A stretch of 64,000 bases of DNA from the NCBI RefSeq assembly GCF_006345805.1, contig NC_043016.1:7378001-7442000 (forward strand), given 5' to 3'. The position numbers and the translations under genes are program-made. A model generated the notes under the pieces. The model searched no databases. It saw nothing but the letters and a program-made list of their open reading frames with translations, and was not told the origin of the DNA. Positions 1-14,669 of this stretch are shown one piece after another (within the stretch, counting starts at the first letter, position 1; each line of letters starts with the position of its first letter). The DNA is from Octopus sinensis (Eukaryota).

Positions 1-70
1 GACAGGGTGTCTAATTTCAGCATATTTGGCATTAGAAATTTTTTCGTTTGCCCTTATTTATAAGTTATAA

Positions 71-314
71 TATATGTATGTATGTATGTATATATGTATA
101 TAGGTATGTATATATGTATATATAGATGTATATATGTATATATAGGTATGTATATATGTATATATATGTATGTATATATGTATATATATGTATGTATATA
201 TGTATATATATGTATGTATATATGTATATATATGTATGTATATATGTATGTATATATGTATATATATGTATGTATATATGTATATATATGTATATATATG
301 TATGTATATATATG

Positions 315-391
<77 letters not shown>

Positions 392-488
392 GTATATGTA
401 TGTATGTATGTATGTATGTGTATATATATATATATGTATGTATGTATATATGTATATGTATGTATGTATATATGTATATGTATGTATG

Positions 489-527
<39 letters not shown>

Positions 528-1072
528 ATATGTATGTATGTGTATATATATGTATATGTATGTATACATATATATATGTATGTGTATATATATGTATATG
601 TATGTGTATATATATGTATGTATGTGTATATATATGTATGTATGTGTATATATATGTATGTATGTGTATATATATGTATATGTATGTATGTATACATATA
701 TATATATATGTATGTGTATATATATGTATATGTATGTGTATATATATGTGTATGTATATATGTATATGTATGTGTATATATATGTGTATGTATGTATGTG
801 TATATATATGTGTATGTATGTATATATATATATGTATATGTATGTGTATATATATGTGTATGTATGTATATATATATATATATATGTATGTATGTGTATA
901 TATGTATGTATGTGTATATATGTATGTATGTGTATATATGTATGTATGTGTATGTATGTATGTATGTGTATATATGTATATATATATATGTATGTATATA
1001 TATATGTATGTATGTATGTGTATATATATATATATATGTATGTATATATGTATATATATGTATGTGTGTGTG
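71..1072. repeat. Compound (TA)n/(TATG)n microsatellite
   Basis: About 1 kb made almost entirely of TA/TATG/TG units; source of the spurious Y/I/M/H/C-rich ORFs. Confidence 0.97.
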
Positions 1073-2659
1073 TACATTTATATATCTATATTACATCATA
1101 TGTAAACAAACATAACTTTGTTTTTGAAATGTTGAAATGTATTGTAGAACAAGTAGAAAGATTATTTTTTTAACACATAAATACTGAACAGTATATATAA
1201 AGGATAATATCTGTTTTAAGAGCAGAAAAGTTTGCTGGCAAATTTTTCTGCTCTTAAAAAAAGGATTTCATCCTTTATACATACTATTCAGTATTTATGT
1301 GTTAAAAAAAAATTATCTTTTCACTTTATATATATGTATATATATATATATACATACACTTTTATCTTTTTCCTTTGTTTTTATGTCTGTTTATTTATGC
1401 TTCTTTGCTAGCATTGGTTGGAGGTATATGTTATTGAGAAATTGTTTTGCTGCTAGATGCTCATTCTATACCAAACCCTACCTTCATTATTTCACATAAA
1501 AAGCAGCTATCTTATTCCACAATGTCCTCAAAATGCAAAACCAGCAGATAGGAGAAATGACAGGGATATCGCTGTCTATAGTTGAGCAATTTGGGGGGGG
1601 GGGGAAATATAAATGTAAACAAACAGACAGGCATGCACATGCTCATACATACACACAAACCAAACCCCACTCACAAGATTTTGGTCATCCATGGCTATAG
1701 TTGAAGACTCATAACCATGCTTCTGTGTTGTGGCATTGAACCAGATGCCACATCATTGAGAAATGAATTTTTTTAGCCGTACAGCCCACATCAGCATCTA
1801 TTTACACAATCCTGTCTGTGCCTGATCACAATATCATGCCCCCCCCCCACACACACACACACACAATTCATATTTTATTGTCTCCAAGAATACAGTCATC
1901 GAGGTAAACAAAAATCACATTGAGCTGTGATTTCTTTGCTGAGACAAGACTTTTGTGAGTTTGTGGCAATGTACAGGAATTTTCAGGGGGATATCACTAT
2001 CTTCACTTCAATTGGATCCCTGCTTGAAACGTGTTGGTCTCTGTACTATACATTCAATAATGTCTGCCTGAGGTATACATGGAGGCATACTGACCTACGT
2101 CCAGCCCGTGAACAGATGACATATCATATGGGGTCTGTGATGGTGTGTAAAGGACGCATCTTGTTCAACCTCTAGATGGCAGCAGTATAATCATCATTGG
2201 CATGATTTCAGATTTCTTGATGGAAGACACCAGGTCTTTGATCATCTCAGTCAGAGACTCAGTAATAAAATCAGTTCTGTACTTTGTGACATTACCAAAC
2301 ACCTTAAAAGTTGGCTCTCATCCCTCAGCAGGAAATGAACATGGGCCTTCAGCATCCCTAATCTGCCTGGTGGTTCTGGGGTTGCGCAGTGGTATTTTTT
2401 ACTGAATGTCTTCAAGGAAGGCGAGAATACAGTGAAGAAGGCAATCCAAGTCCGAGAGAATAGAACATTCTTCTATAACAAGTTGTAGTTGTTGTAGGAT
2501 CTTCTAGCAGGCAGATTCTTTGCTCACAATATTCTCATTCTGTAACTTCATGGTAATTGGTAAAAATTTAACTTGTCCCAGCTTCTTACTGGGTGGAAGA
2601 TAATTGATCTGTACACATGCTGGACATAGGTCCGTATACCTCCATGTGAATCAATCACA

Positions 2660-3242
2660 TGCTGAGTATTTATTGTTCAGTAGGTCATTTTCTTCTAGGA
2701 ACATTATCAACTTCTTTCTGATGATTTGCTCCATGACTTTACTGATATACAACGTCAGAGATTGGCCTATAGCTTTTCGCCTCTGCTCTGCTTCCACGTT
2801 TGTGCATACCTTCTTTCATCTTTTTAGGAAGTATCCCGCTGGCAAGGAAACTTTGGAAAAGTACCTGAAGTGGTTTTGCTAAATCCTGCTTACATGACTT
2901 TAGGAGAATAGCTGGAAATCCATCAGGACCAGCGGCGGAGCATGACCTCATTTTATCAATAGCTGCTGTTACATCTGTTTCCTCAATGTTAATGTAATCG
3001 ATGGCTGGCACCTCCTATTTTAGAGCTGTGATATCAAAGAATTCAGCTGGATTTTTTATCTGCATGTGTCCAAGGGGGGAAGTGAAGACACTTTTAAATT
3101 GTTCACTGAGTATTTCACTTATCCTTCCTGGGTTTGCTGTCAGTGAGTCATTCACTTGGAACAATGGTCCTATTTTATATTGTATTGTAGCTGTTTCCTT
3201 TACAAATTTATAGAAAGCTCTGTGATTTGTTTTTATGCTTTC

Positions 3243-3279
<37 letters not shown>

Positions 3280-4580
3280 TCTTTCCCTTTCATGAGGGAG
3301 TTTGATCTTCTTTTCAATTTCTAGGAGCATCCGTTTTAAAACAGACTTCTCTCTATCTGTCAGTTGTCTATTCAGCCGCTTTGAGATCTTTGACCTATGT
3401 CTCAAGAGGATTTTTCTGTCCCTGGGAATCTTGTGTGACAGTGTGCTGGCCTTTCTTTCTGGGACATATTTAGTTCATATAGCTTGCACTGTTGACATAA
3501 ACTGGCTGAGTTTCTGATCAAAGTCTTGCATACACAGAATGTTGGACCAGTTTTGTTTATGGATCTCTTTGTGGATTGATTCCCATTTCGCCTAATGGAA
3601 ATTCAGGTTGGAAAAGGCTCAAATCCTCCTGATAGGGAAGATACCAACAGTTTGCACAGGACCATACATAGTTTAACAATGTTATGGTCTGAGAGTGCCA
3701 TTGGTGTAACCGTCACATTATGGATAAGGTCCACATTATTTGTGAAGCATAGGTCCAATATGTTGTTTCCCATGTTTGACCTGAGTATCACTTGCTCCAT
3801 GAACAGCTTATTAATAAGTTCAAATAATAACTCTACATGCTTTTGTTCATGCAGTGACATCCCAGAGAAGATGTGGCCTTCTTGCCATTTGACATGTGGA
3901 AAGTTGAATTCACCCAGGAAGAGTATGTTGATGTTCTGATCTAGCTTTGATAAATACCTCTTCAATGTGTTTGAGGCTATCCTCAAATTTTCCATCATAT
4001 TTTGTGGTATTCGGCGGACGATATATTGTGCATACAGCCACATCAGCTTGCTTTGCATGTATTATTAAAGTGTCACAAACTAAGTTTGAATGTAACAATA
4101 GCACAAGAGGTGTGACATCTTCACGGATGTACACAGCAACTTCACCGTGGTTTCTTTCTCTTCTGTCTGTACAAAATACAGCATACCCTGGTATGTGTAC
4201 TTCCACATCTGTTACATCAGGGGCGAGATGCGTTTCAGTGCGTGCATATTGCTTGATTGCATGTAGCAAGCTCTTTGAGATAGTGAATTTTACTTCTGTT
4301 GCTGAGTTGTAGCAAACCCCCAATATTCTGTAGGAGCATGGGTGCGATATCGGAGTAGGTGTTAGTGGTGGCCAATTCCCACTGACCTGTATGTCTTTTG
4401 GTGATCAACCATTGTTGCTCGCCTTTCTTTTCCTTTTCGGGGAGGCAACTGCATCCACCACTTCTTCCATCTCCCTCTCCAATGGGGTGGTGGCAGAGGG
4501 CACCTTTTCTTTTTTCCTCTGCTTCAAGGCCTTACCTCAGCTCTGGGGGAAGTTCTTTTTGATGTGGCCTGGTTCCTGGC
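2660..4580 (-). mobile_element. Decayed CR1/L2-like LINE ORF2 (AP endonuclease + start of RT), 3'-truncated
   Basis: Minus-strand fragments: 'HIPGYAVFCTDR...GEVAVYIRE...IYRPPN' and 'LGEFNFPHVKW...NNILDLCFTNN...LSDHNIV' (endonuclease); 'SAAGPDGFPAILLKSC...SYRPIS' then a frameshift to 'ISKVMEQIIRKKLIMFLEENDLL' (RT N-terminus). Several stops and frameshifts. Confidence 0.88.
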
Positions 4581-5356
4581 ACAGGTGACACTTGGGGATG
4601 GGCAACCCTCAAGGATCACTGGATACCTGGCCCCAGCCATTACAAAAAAATCAGGGAATACTAGGTCTCCGGCCGACTGGGTCTAAAGGGTCAAAACTGC
4701 TTTTGACCCTGTCCAATCAGTTGCGGCCTCAACCCTAACACTGAGGGGCTTGGTTCCACTACTGCCCAGACCTCTACGAAAGGTCTGTTCTGTCCATTCA
4801 GACTGAATTCCAGGCGGCAGCCCACATACTCAAGCCCTCATTATTTTCTTCCCACAATTGTTCAATCTTCAGAGGCAAAGACACTCCTCCAAACAGCAGT
4901 TCTCACAATTATTTTAAAATTCTTCAAAATGAACAAATTTTTAGTAGGCACAATACTCCTCCAAGCAACAATTCTCATAATTGAGAAAAATATTCACTCA
5001 ACATAAACCTCTAACTAGGAAGATGAATATGCCCCCAAACAAAAATTCTCACAATTAAGCGAGAAAAATATTCGCTCCATGCAGGCAGAACCAGAATTCC
5101 GAATCCAGTAGGACTTCCTACCTGTACAAAAAAAAATTCTCAACAAAAATTCCCACTGGACCCAAAAAAACAGAATCCTACTTTACAATGGAGCTTCAAA
5201 ATTTTTCAATTTAAGACGGCTTCAAAAGCATGCCTCACCGCTTCAGTGCCAAACACAACACTGACTCGCACATGCGCAATGAGGTAAGCCAAGCTACTTA
5301 CCACAAGCCACTCCCACACCTATATATATTATATATAAATAACAATTTACATATAT

Positions 5357-5389
<33 letters not shown>

Positions 5390-5396
5390 AATTTAC

Positions 5397-5427
<31 letters not shown>

Positions 5428-5536
5428 TGTATAAAATTACATATATATACATATGAAAATTTACATATACATATAAATTTACACACACACACACACATAT
5501 ATATATAAATTTACATATATATATATATATATATAT

Positions 5537-5838
5537 TGTCAGTAATGACACCTCCTGTGGTCATGACTGACAATAGAAAGTTTCCTTCTGAGGCACAAGT
5601 CCAGGCAAAGGTGTTTTGTGGAGGGCCAGCAGTCACCCATGCATACCAGTCTCCCCTCTCTACATCACTGATGTTATCCAAGGGAAAAACAAAGGTCAAT
5701 AAGGCTTGGCACCAGTGACATTGCAACTCATTTCTACAGCTGAGTGAATTGGAGCAACGTGAAATAATGTATCTTGCCCAAGAACTCAACACACTGCCTG
5801 CTCTTGGAATTGAACTCATAACTCACAGTTGTAAGCTT
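5537..5838 (-). mobile_element. SINE, family D (tRNA-like head, CORE-like centre)
   Basis: Colinear with 14670-14965 ('gaggcacaagtccaggcaa...cccatgcatac...cttggcaccagtga...catttctacagctgagtgaa'); B-box-like 'gagttcaattcc' on the minus strand. Confidence 0.75.
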
Positions 5839-6764
5839 GTCTTGTATATTTATACAACCACTGACCCATATATTTATACAGATCACCAGAAATCTCTCCA
5901 GTGGGATCTTATAAAATAAACTGGAAGTTGCTGAGGCCATCTCTTTGGCAAAGTTAAAAAAAGCTTTAGGGTTTGATTTAATATTTTTTTATTACCCAGG
6001 TCTCCTTGTCCTGCCATTAATTTTATGTTGTGTGGTAACTACAGTTGGAAGGAGTAGTCTAAACAGCTGAGAACATATGTCCTCCAGAGAACCATCATGG
6101 ATTCCTATTCTCTTATTCTGTAAGTTCAAAAAATCTATTTAGCCAACTGCCTGCATTTTATTGCCAATTTAGTAATATACCCCTAGAAAGAATCATTACT
6201 CATGTCAATACCGAAATTGTGCACTGATTCAGGGAATGCAATCAGTATTTCTCTTACCCTCACTGGGTTTCCTGTGAAAGAGCTGTCCTTTTGGAAGAGG
6301 TACTCTATCTTGTAGTGTACAGAGGCTCTTTTGCTTTGCAAGTTAAAGAAGCTTTGGGGGTTTGGCTTTATTGTTTTTTTTTTTTACAACTCAGACCTTT
6401 TTCATGGGATTGATTCAAACTTTTCTCAATCTCCATCAGTGTTGTTTTCTTGTGGAACTTTTTTACCACTTCTGAAATGTTTGTTTAGTTGGTTTGCAAT
6501 CTTAGTTTTCTCATAAGTATTTTCCTCTCCTTAGGGATCTCATTCTTGCATTCTTGTGCAGATTTGTCACGTCTTGCATTACGGACATTTCAATGTGTGG
6601 TGTGGAGAGACATCTAGGCCAATATATAGGGAAAAATATTACCTTGCTTGGAAATGGATATGATCTGAGGACAGACATAAAGGGCATCTGGCTGTAGAAC
6701 AACCTCAAATGCAGAGAAGTTGTCTTGGAAACAATAACGATAATTTATATAAGTATATATAATA

Positions 6765-6962
6765 TATATTTATATTATATTATATGTAATTTTCTAGATG
6801 GTGTAATTTAATTGTTCATTTTGAATTGATAAAAGGTGTTTTTTTTTCTAATTTTCATATATATATATATATATATATATTATATTTTGTGAATTTGATT
6901 TAGTATTTCTAAATTGAATTTTTCCCTGTAAGTTAGGAATAATATTCCCTCAAATAATAATT
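6765..6962 (+). mobile_element. AT-rich dispersed repeat (probable PLE-type terminus)
   Basis: Near-identical reverse complement of 43015-43185. Confidence 0.6.
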
Positions 6963-7042
6963 ATTAAATATATAATATATATTTATATAAGTATATATAT
7001 AAATATATAATGATAATATGCATGCATGTGTGTGTGTGTGTG

Positions 7043-7076
<34 letters not shown>

Positions 7077-7620
7077 TGGTTTCTCCCATTGAGAAATATA
7101 TGACTGTCTAGTTGTGTAATAAATTATGCTGCCTGTTGCTTGAACTAATGTGAGTGTGCATTCCATAGGTACATGTACTGTTAATGTAATTCTCAACAGA
7201 ACTGATGATGTGACAAGACTGGATCTTCAGTTTAAAGGTACAATATATTTATGTATAAACGCATGCATGCTCATTTGTGTGTGTGTGTGCATGTGTGTGT
7301 GATTGCTTACAAATTGATGTAAGAAAAATATATATATATGTGTGTATGCGTGCATTCACGTATGCAATGGAATTATATTACTAAGTATTTAAATTCTCTG
7401 TGTTGTATGTTTACATGTTTTTTTTTTACTGTTTATATACGTCTACATGTATGTGTGTTTAACCATCTACATTGCTCGTAGTTAGAAAATGGCTTTCACT
7501 GAATGTTATTTCAATACGTAATGTAATTTGTTTTCAGATTACCAAACACGTCGTTGACTAAACACCATCATCATCATTCACTCATTATTATTATTATTAC
7601 TATTATTATTATTATTATTA

Positions 7621-7836
7621 AGGCAGTGAGCTGGCAGAACTGTTAGCATGCTGGGTGAAATGCTTATTGGTATTTTGTCTGTCTTTACATTCTGAGTTCA
7701 AATTCCACTGGAGTTGACTATGCCTTTTATCCTTTCAGGGTCAATAAAATAAGTACCAGTTGAGCACTGGGGTCAATGTAATTGACTAGTCACCTCCCCA
7801 CAAAATTTCAGGCCTTGTGCCTTTAGTAGAAAAGAT
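7621..7836 (+). mobile_element. SINE, family B
   Basis: 'ggcagtgagctggcagaa...gagttcaaattcc...gttgactatgccttttatcctttcagggtcaataaaataagtacc'; (ATT)n flanks; homologous to 9821, 10065, 29009, 30995 and 52645. Confidence 0.8.
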
Positions 7837-9820
7837 TATTATTATTATTATTTGTTTTAGAATTTTATCAAATATTTTAAAAGAAAAACAAAAAAAAAGG
7901 AAAAAAAAACAAAGCAAAAAACCTTTCCACCCTGTCCTCCCTCGGCCATAAAAGAAAATGTGATTAACAATTTATTAATTTATTATATAATTTTATCAAT
8001 GAATTTTCCCCTACCCATTCAAATAACAACAATAACAGCCAAAAATAAATTTTTAAAATGTGATATTTTATGTTGATTACTATCTGTATGCACGTGTCTG
8101 TCTGTGTGTGTGTGCATGCATTTTTGTGTGCATCTTCATATGTGCACATGCATATATATGTTTATATGGAGAATAAAGCATTTGTTGCAGTTGGTGTATG
8201 TATATGTTATGTGTGTATATATTTATCAAATTAATTCGAAACATTTCTAGTCTGACCTGTAATCAAATACGAATTAATGTTTAAATTTTGAAGCTTAATG
8301 TATTTTTAATTAAAAATCTGAGTGCTTAACGTGTATGTGGGTGTATTTGTATTTGTGGGTGTATATATTGGAGAAAGTGTACTTAAGGTACATTGTAAAG
8401 TTTTTCCCAGTTTCATGCTGTGTGTAACCCTCTGGTTGATGAATGATACATAGAAACAAAACTCAGAGTAATGCCAGGATAAATCATTTGGAAACAAATT
8501 AATGTGTGTATATATGTACCATATGTGTATATGTATAATATGTAAATACATATGTACATATATGTATATACATATGTACATATACACACACACACACTAC
8601 AGTGGGTATATCATCCATACAAAAGTCCCCAAAACAATAGATCAGGGCTTAACAGTTTCTTTTCAAGCAGTCTTTGAGAAGCCATTATGCCATGAAACTT
8701 TTGTACAATTATTGGACACCCCAAATTAATGCGTTCTTCTCTATATTCAGATGTATTAAGTCCTTACTTGTGCAAATGATCTCCTTAACCACCAGATTAA
8801 GATAACACTCTCATGTGTGTGTGTGTACATATACAGTGTTGTGTTATTGATGGGATCAATAAAAAAAAAAGTACTCCATTTGACAAGGAGCCCAATGATT
8901 GCCCAGTGATACATAGCATGCTATACAAGCTTGTCCAACTAGTTTTCTGTCAGAGTGCCAGTATGGAAAATGGGTGTTAAATGATGATTATATATATATA
9001 TATATATCAAATAAAATTAAAAACAGAACACAAAGGATATCGCGGTACACGTGTTTCAAGCTTTATAAACAATCCGTTCTTACATCAGTGTATAATTGAT
9101 ATAAAAGATGGTTTAAAGCTATGTATATATATATATATGTGTGTGTGTATATTATATATAAGCACATTTTATGTAGATAAAAATATATAATTTTTATTTT
9201 AATCAGTAGAAGCTCCAAAGCAACTCAAGGGCTAAGAGTTTCATGCATGGGCATTATCAGTTTCATAAATGCCAATGCAAAAAGCTCTCAACCTTGGAGT
9301 CATTCTGTAACTACTGTTGATTAATAATATATGTTTTGAGTTCTACGCACATATGCATATGTGTACATACATGAATATATAATGTATATACAGTGTATAA
9401 ACTTACACATACACACATCCACATGATTGTATGAATGCATACGTTAGTTTTGTAAGACATAAGTTGCGCAACCAAATATATTTATTGATCAATTAGATGT
9501 GACAAAAACCCTGTTTTTGATAATGCCCCTACATCATGTTTGGGTTCTTTATCCCCTTTTTTTTCTTCATATTTGTATAAATGTTGAGTTTCATTAAAAT
9601 TTAAAGATAAACATAGTGGTGGTAGTGGAGGCAAGGGTGTGATGGTGGTTAATGAATGATGTTTCTTTTTGTTGATGTTATTGTTTATAGTGCTATTTTT
9701 GCTTTGTTGCTACCATCACTAGCTTTATCATTATAGCTACTAATGCTATCATTAATTATATTTATGCTAATTGCATTGCTGCTGTCATGGTAAAAGTTTT
9801 TGTTGTTGTTATTATTATTG

Positions 9821-10034
9821 AAGGCAGTAAGTTGGCAGAATCGTCAGCATGCTGGGTGAAATGCTTAGTGACATTTCATCAATCTTTATGATCTGAGTTC
9901 AAATTTTGCCCAGGTCAGCTTTGCCTTTCATCCTTTCAGGGTTAATAAATTAAGTATTAGTTGAGTACTGGGGTCAGTGTAATTGACTTGCTTACTCCCC
10001 TAAAATTTCAGGCCATGTGCCTTTAGTAGAAAGG

Positions 10035-10066
<32 letters not shown>

Positions 10067-10255
10067 GGCAGTGAACTGACAGAATCATTGGCACACCGGA
10101 CAAAATGCTTAGCAGCATTTCTTACTGCTTTTACATTCTGAGTGCAAATTCTGCCAAAGTCAACTTTGCCTCTCATCCTTTTGGGCTTGATAAAATAAGT
10201 AATAATTAAGGACCAGGGCTGATGTAATCCACTAGCCCCTCCCACAAAATTTCAG
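9821..10255 (+). mobile_element. Two tandem family B SINEs separated by (ATT)n
   Basis: Same head and central domain as 7621-7836, starting at about 9821 and about 10065. Confidence 0.78.
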
Positions 10256-11506
10256 TAATAATAATAATGATAATAATTATGAATAAAAGCTTATAATTTG
10301 TAGAAATAGACTGTGAGACCTCTGACCTCTGCTCTCTCAGAATCAACCAGAGCAAGTAAGACTGAGTACTTTGAGAGGTATAATAATAATAATAATATTC
10401 AACGTCATCAGCAGCAGCAGCATGCATTCCTGGCTATCCTTGCCATTATTGTTGCTTCCACAAATTGTAATATGTTGATTTGTTGTTCAAAATTATTTGA
10501 CTTCATTAATATGTGAATGCGCAACATGTTTGTTTGGTTTATAGTCTCGGTGTGTTGTTGGCACCTGTTGATGTAATACAACTTCAACAGTTATAATTAA
10601 TGTTAGATTAATTTATTTGAAACTATCCCACCCTTTCACACACACACACACACATTTTTTTTTTTGTTTTTTCTTTCTTAATATCATGTCCTGTTTCTTC
10701 CTGTTTTCGTTTTTCTTTATATGTAAAAATGTACTTTTAAAAATTTGTTCATAAAGAAAAAGAATATCAGTTAAAAATGCACTAAAAAATTAGTTATGAT
10801 TTATTATAATTGCATTGTTTCTATCAACTGACTTTTAAGTATATTTCTTATTGGAAGATATTGTTAATAATGATGCTGATGATGATGATGATGATGATGG
10901 TAGTGGTGATGATGACGACGACGACGATTTCAATGTTTTTGTACCATAGGTACACATTTTTTTTTTTTGCCAGTTCCTTGCTTCCCGCTGCCACCCACCT
11001 GCACCCAACAACAACCCACCTCTGTCTTACACTTAAAAAAAAAAAAAAAAAAATTGAAGCTGTTCTGCAGAATAGTGACAGTACTTGAAAATAAAATTAT
11101 ATACTATATAATAAACATTTAAATAAACACATATGTGTTAATTTTATTTTTAACTTTTATTTTACATCTTATTCTTCAAGATTTATTCATTTTTTCCTTC
11201 ATTCTTTTCCCAATTTCTGAAGTATTTTAATTAAGCTTGTGCCCTCTAATTTAAATTTAAATTATTTTGTTTGCATATATTTTTCATTTTTCAAATCTTA
11301 TTATCTTTAATTTAAAAGACAAAACAGTTGAATGTATTGTAAAATATTTGTTCTTTCTTTTTCTCTCTCTTTGTCTTTTTCTTTTTCTCTCTTTCTTTGT
11401 CTTTTTCTATTTCTCTGCTATCTTCTCTCTTTATCTTTATCTCTCTGCTCTCCTCTCTCTTTTTGTCTTTTTCTTCTTTCCACATCTTACTTCCTTATCT
11501 TTGCTA

Positions 11507-11538
<32 letters not shown>

Positions 11539-12229
11539 GATTTTATTTATTTGAATTCAAGTTAGTTGTCAAAGAAATTTTTTTTCTTCTTGATGTTAAT
11601 TTAGCTTTCATCAGTTCTCTTGTAAAACGGTTGTTTTGTCAGCCTTAATTTTGACTAGCTAGTTACATTGTATAGGGAAAAGTAAACTAAGTTTAAAAAA
11701 ATTAAAAAATAGAAAGAATTTCCACAAAAAAACACACACACACACACACACACACACATAACATATTCTCTACAACCAACACGACACATTTTCAATGCAA
11801 TCACCATCCAATAATATAACACCAATCACATAACACAATCAACACCTTACAAAATAATATAACACTCACATTGTACGTATTCTACAAAACAATCAGATGG
11901 ATTGCTAAAGTAGCACCAATACTAACAACAATAACAAAACTCTTACAACACAGAAAATATGTGGCATGCAATTGCATTTATACACTCTCAAAAGCTGCAC
12001 ACGTCTCCAGAATATGGTTTATGCAGAAGAAACTCATATATAATTGTTGTAAACAATAACAATGATGATAGTGATTTTTTTTTAAAATTTACCACTGCGA
12101 CATAATGATGTGTACATTACAAGGACAGTGTATAACTTGGGGGTGTTTGCATAAAAAGTGACGGAAAAGGAGAAAAGAGGGTGAAACGAGATAAATTTCT
12201 GTACAATCTATACGAACACATAAATGATA

Positions 12230-12700
12230 CAGTCATCTGGATACCAGCTGGGGCCAATCAAAGAACCTTACAGATCCAGGATTGCCCACCTGTTGTTCTC
12301 CAATCTACAGGCAGATGCTTAGAATAGATTCATTCACCTTATCTATTTTTGCCATAGTTAACCCACCCTTTCACAAATACACTGGGAGAGAGAAAACACT
12401 TCCATCTTCATCCTCACTTAACTTTCCATGTTGATCTTAAAGAAAATGTCAATGAGGGCTTGACTGAAGAGGAAGGTGTCTTTCCTCTGTCCTTTTAGCC
12501 TCATCCACCATACAACCAGTTTTGTCATAGCCACTATTTAGAGGAATACCACCAGCTTGCTTTGTGAAATATTGGTAGTAGGGTGACCTTCTTGTTGGTT
12601 TTGGCCAATAATCAAATTTGTCCTACATATTACTACAGCTGTTTGGTAAAATGCTGCAACTCAGAAATTCTTTGGACACTGCAGGAGTGCAGGCAGTATG
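12230..12700 (-). mobile_element. Possible Tx1/L1-like LINE 3' relic
   Basis: Broken minus-strand reading 'IVAMTKLVVWWMRLKG...ALIDIFF' resembles Tx1-type ORF2 C-termini; heavily decayed. Confidence 0.35.
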
Positions 12701-14669
12701 CTTTTGTTGTTCTGCAAGCATAATAATAATAATAATAATAGTAATAGTTGCTTATTGAGTCACAAGATCAGCAGTTTTGAGTAGAGGGATCAACTAATAT
12801 CAATCCCACCACACTATTTAATAGACTTTGGAGTGATGAAAGACAAAGTTGCCTTTAATAGGATTTGAACTCGGAATGTACAGATAAAAGAAATACTGCA
12901 AGATATACTTTTCAATGCTCTGATGATTCTACCACTTTAATATTAATAATAATAATAATTCATTGAAAGTGTGCTCTATGCATACTAATTTTTGTAATAT
13001 GCTTGTGTATATATACATACGTGTATGTATATATATATGTATGTATACACACACACACATATGCACATAAACCTTTCAAGAGGGTGTCCCAGCATGGCTG
13101 TAGATCAAAGGCTAAAACAATTAAAAGATAATAAAAAAACGATAAAAGTATTTTTGAATCCCACCTCCCCCTCTTTATTAATGAGAAAAAACCAGTTACA
13201 TTTTTTTATCTATATTCTTTTTACTTCATGACAGTTTTTTTTTTGTTTTTTTTAGCCTAAAATCTTACAAGGCCAGTTACCCACTTTCCTTGGCTTTTGT
13301 CTGACCAAATTCACAACATTCTCTCTGAACAGGATGCCAGTTCATTGGAGGGTTCAAAGTGAACAATTTTGAGGGGTGGAGAAAGTCAATTACATCTGCA
13401 CCAGTACTTGACAAGTACTTTACTGACCCCAAAGGAATGAAAAGCAAAGTTGGCCCCTGCAAGATTTGAAATCAGAACATAAGGAACTGGGGAAAATGCA
13501 GCTAAGCATTTTATCTGATGTGCTAATGATTCTGCCAGCTTTCTGTCTATGTTTCAATTTTTAACCCAAGAATAGCAATTTTGAGGGAAACTTTTAAATT
13601 TGATCCAAGTCCTTGACTGATACATTATATTATTAACCATGAAATGAAGAGGGACAGCAAAGTTGGTCTCAGCGGGATTTGAACTCAGATTGTAAAGAAC
13701 CAGAAAAAAATGTACCAAGCACTTTTGTCCAGTGTGCTACCAGGTCACACCTTCACTGGCAAGTTTTCTAAACTTGCCAGTGTAGGTATGATCTTCACAG
13801 CCCCCATCTCTAAGAGAAGCACTACAAGAGTATCATTATCGTATATGGTCAGCATTGATCAAACAAAACCAGTGTCGAAAACCATGATTGATCAACCTTA
13901 TTTTTTAGACGCTCTCTACATTCGGTATCTTTTCCTTTATATAAAGTTGGTAGGAGGTGTTTGGAGAGACCATATATGTGTGTGTCTCATCATTGATCAG
14001 ATAGTCCCAGCATGATCACACCTTTTGGCTTGAACCACTAAAGCATATAATATTGTGTGTGTGTGTAACATAGCATGTACATAATATGGATATGTATAAC
14101 ATAATATTTATGTGTGTAGGGAAATGTTACACAATATACTAAATATTCTCTCATTCATACTCAGAGTAAAGATGATCTATTTTCGTCTTATTTAAGACTC
14201 ACCAAGCGTCACCAACTTCACTGCTCAGCTTTAGGAATTAACTATATTTCTTATAAAAACTTAAGTTATTACTGGCTTAATGTAATTAAGAATGGTTGTT
14301 AACTAAAGATTTAGTTACAAATATATCAGCAAAGGCATCTGGCATAATGTGAAGGTACATGACTTAGTGGTTAGTGCGTTCCACTCACAATCACAAGATC
14401 ATAGTTTCAATTCCTGATCTGGATGGTGCTTCGTATTCTTGAGCAAAACACTTCATTTAACATTGCTCTGCAATCACTTCAACAACTGACATGTTGCACA
14501 TTTAAACTGGCCAAGTCTGGCTCAAATATTCTTGTATATAGCTTCTCACACCGACCCTACAATGTCATTCAAAAATATAGTCATGTAATCAGAATCTCAG
14601 AGCTACAAGATAATGCCTGACTAATTTAAAAACTGCGTGAATGAATAAGTGTTACATTTGACAATAAAA

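Noticed and set aside
54-1173. Long ORFs (up to 363 aa) on both strands, and similar ones at 16.5-17.4, 42.2-42.7, 54.0-54.6 and 63.3-63.8 kb
   Set aside because: Translations of TA/TATG/CA microsatellites, which lack stop codons; no protein complexity.
5880-6720. Possible minus-strand LINE relic (also 15780-16370, 20900-21290, 60720-61010)
   Set aside because: Only faint motif traces such as 'NPKAFF'; too decayed to classify without a database search.
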